DNA of 61,561 nt, counting the filler, from Choristocarpus tenellus KU-1152 (taxonomy: Eukaryota; Protista; Phaeophyceae), in NCBI GenBank assembly GCA_964200185.2. It is 11 parts of 11 records of this genome, joined end to end, with 100 filler letters (N's around TTAATTAATTAA, not from the genome) between each part and the next. Parts side by side here need not be neighbours in the genome. Positions count along the whole stretch, not along the records: positions 59,009 to 61,561 come from CAXNAD020026833.1; 10 more parts are not named here. One strand, 5' to 3'. Below the pieces are notes generated by a model that was not told the origin of the DNA, did not search any database, and saw only the letters and a list, made by a program, of their open reading frames with translations. Numbering within the stretch: the first letter of the stretch is position 1; every line of letters starts with the position of its first letter. This document shows positions 61,480-61,561 of this stretch, one piece after another. The translations under genes and the position numbers were made by a program.

Positions 61480-61561
61480 GGGTCAAAGTATCTGGGGGGG
61501 GGGGGGGGGTCGGCATCCGTTTTTCACCCTTTTTTTCTTTTTTACTTTTTTGGGGTGTGTT
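61480..61561 (+). mobile_element. MITE subfamily B2 left end
   Basis: GGGTCAAAGTATCT, poly-G, TCGGCATCCGTTTTTCACCC. Confidence 0.85.

Noticed and set aside
5273-61561. A/B MITEs acting as introners
   Set aside because: No copy forms a precise GT-AG intron in an exon. Those in coding sequence (FNIP, Gypsy RT) disrupt it.

Overview
Eukaryotic, intron-rich genomic DNA. It is not one locus: 11 short contigs are joined by N-runs that each carry the artificial linker TTAATTAATTAA, so adjacency across gaps means nothing. Gene style, FNIP repeats, RTE/Copia/DD39D relics and TTAGGG repeats suggest a stramenopile, probably a brown alga (inference). Host genes reconstructed exon by exon, all partial: a type-II membrane protein with three glycosyltransferase-like domains and two Cys-rich repeats, the last exon of a PIH1/CS-domain protein, TRAPPC9/Trs120, a G-protein alpha subunit, a myo-inositol 2-dehydrogenase, an FNIP-repeat protein, a Myb-like exon and an Ap4A phosphorylase exon. 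The rest is mostly transposon debris: Gypsy, Copia, RTE, DD39D mariner, probable DIRS and a solo LTR. Four things stand out. (1) A clan of MITEs shares the terminus G(A/G)NNNAAAGTATCT and makes either 3-bp or 4-bp TSDs. (2) The central ~40-bp hairpin of these MITEs occurs in opposite orientations in otherwise co-oriented copies. (3) A two-copy ~2-kb TA-flanked TIR element encodes a transposase-like HTH and carries a tRNA-like Pol III A/B-box cassette next to its right end. (4) The multi-GT protein architecture is unusual. All family assignments come from motif recognition by eye; no database searches were run.
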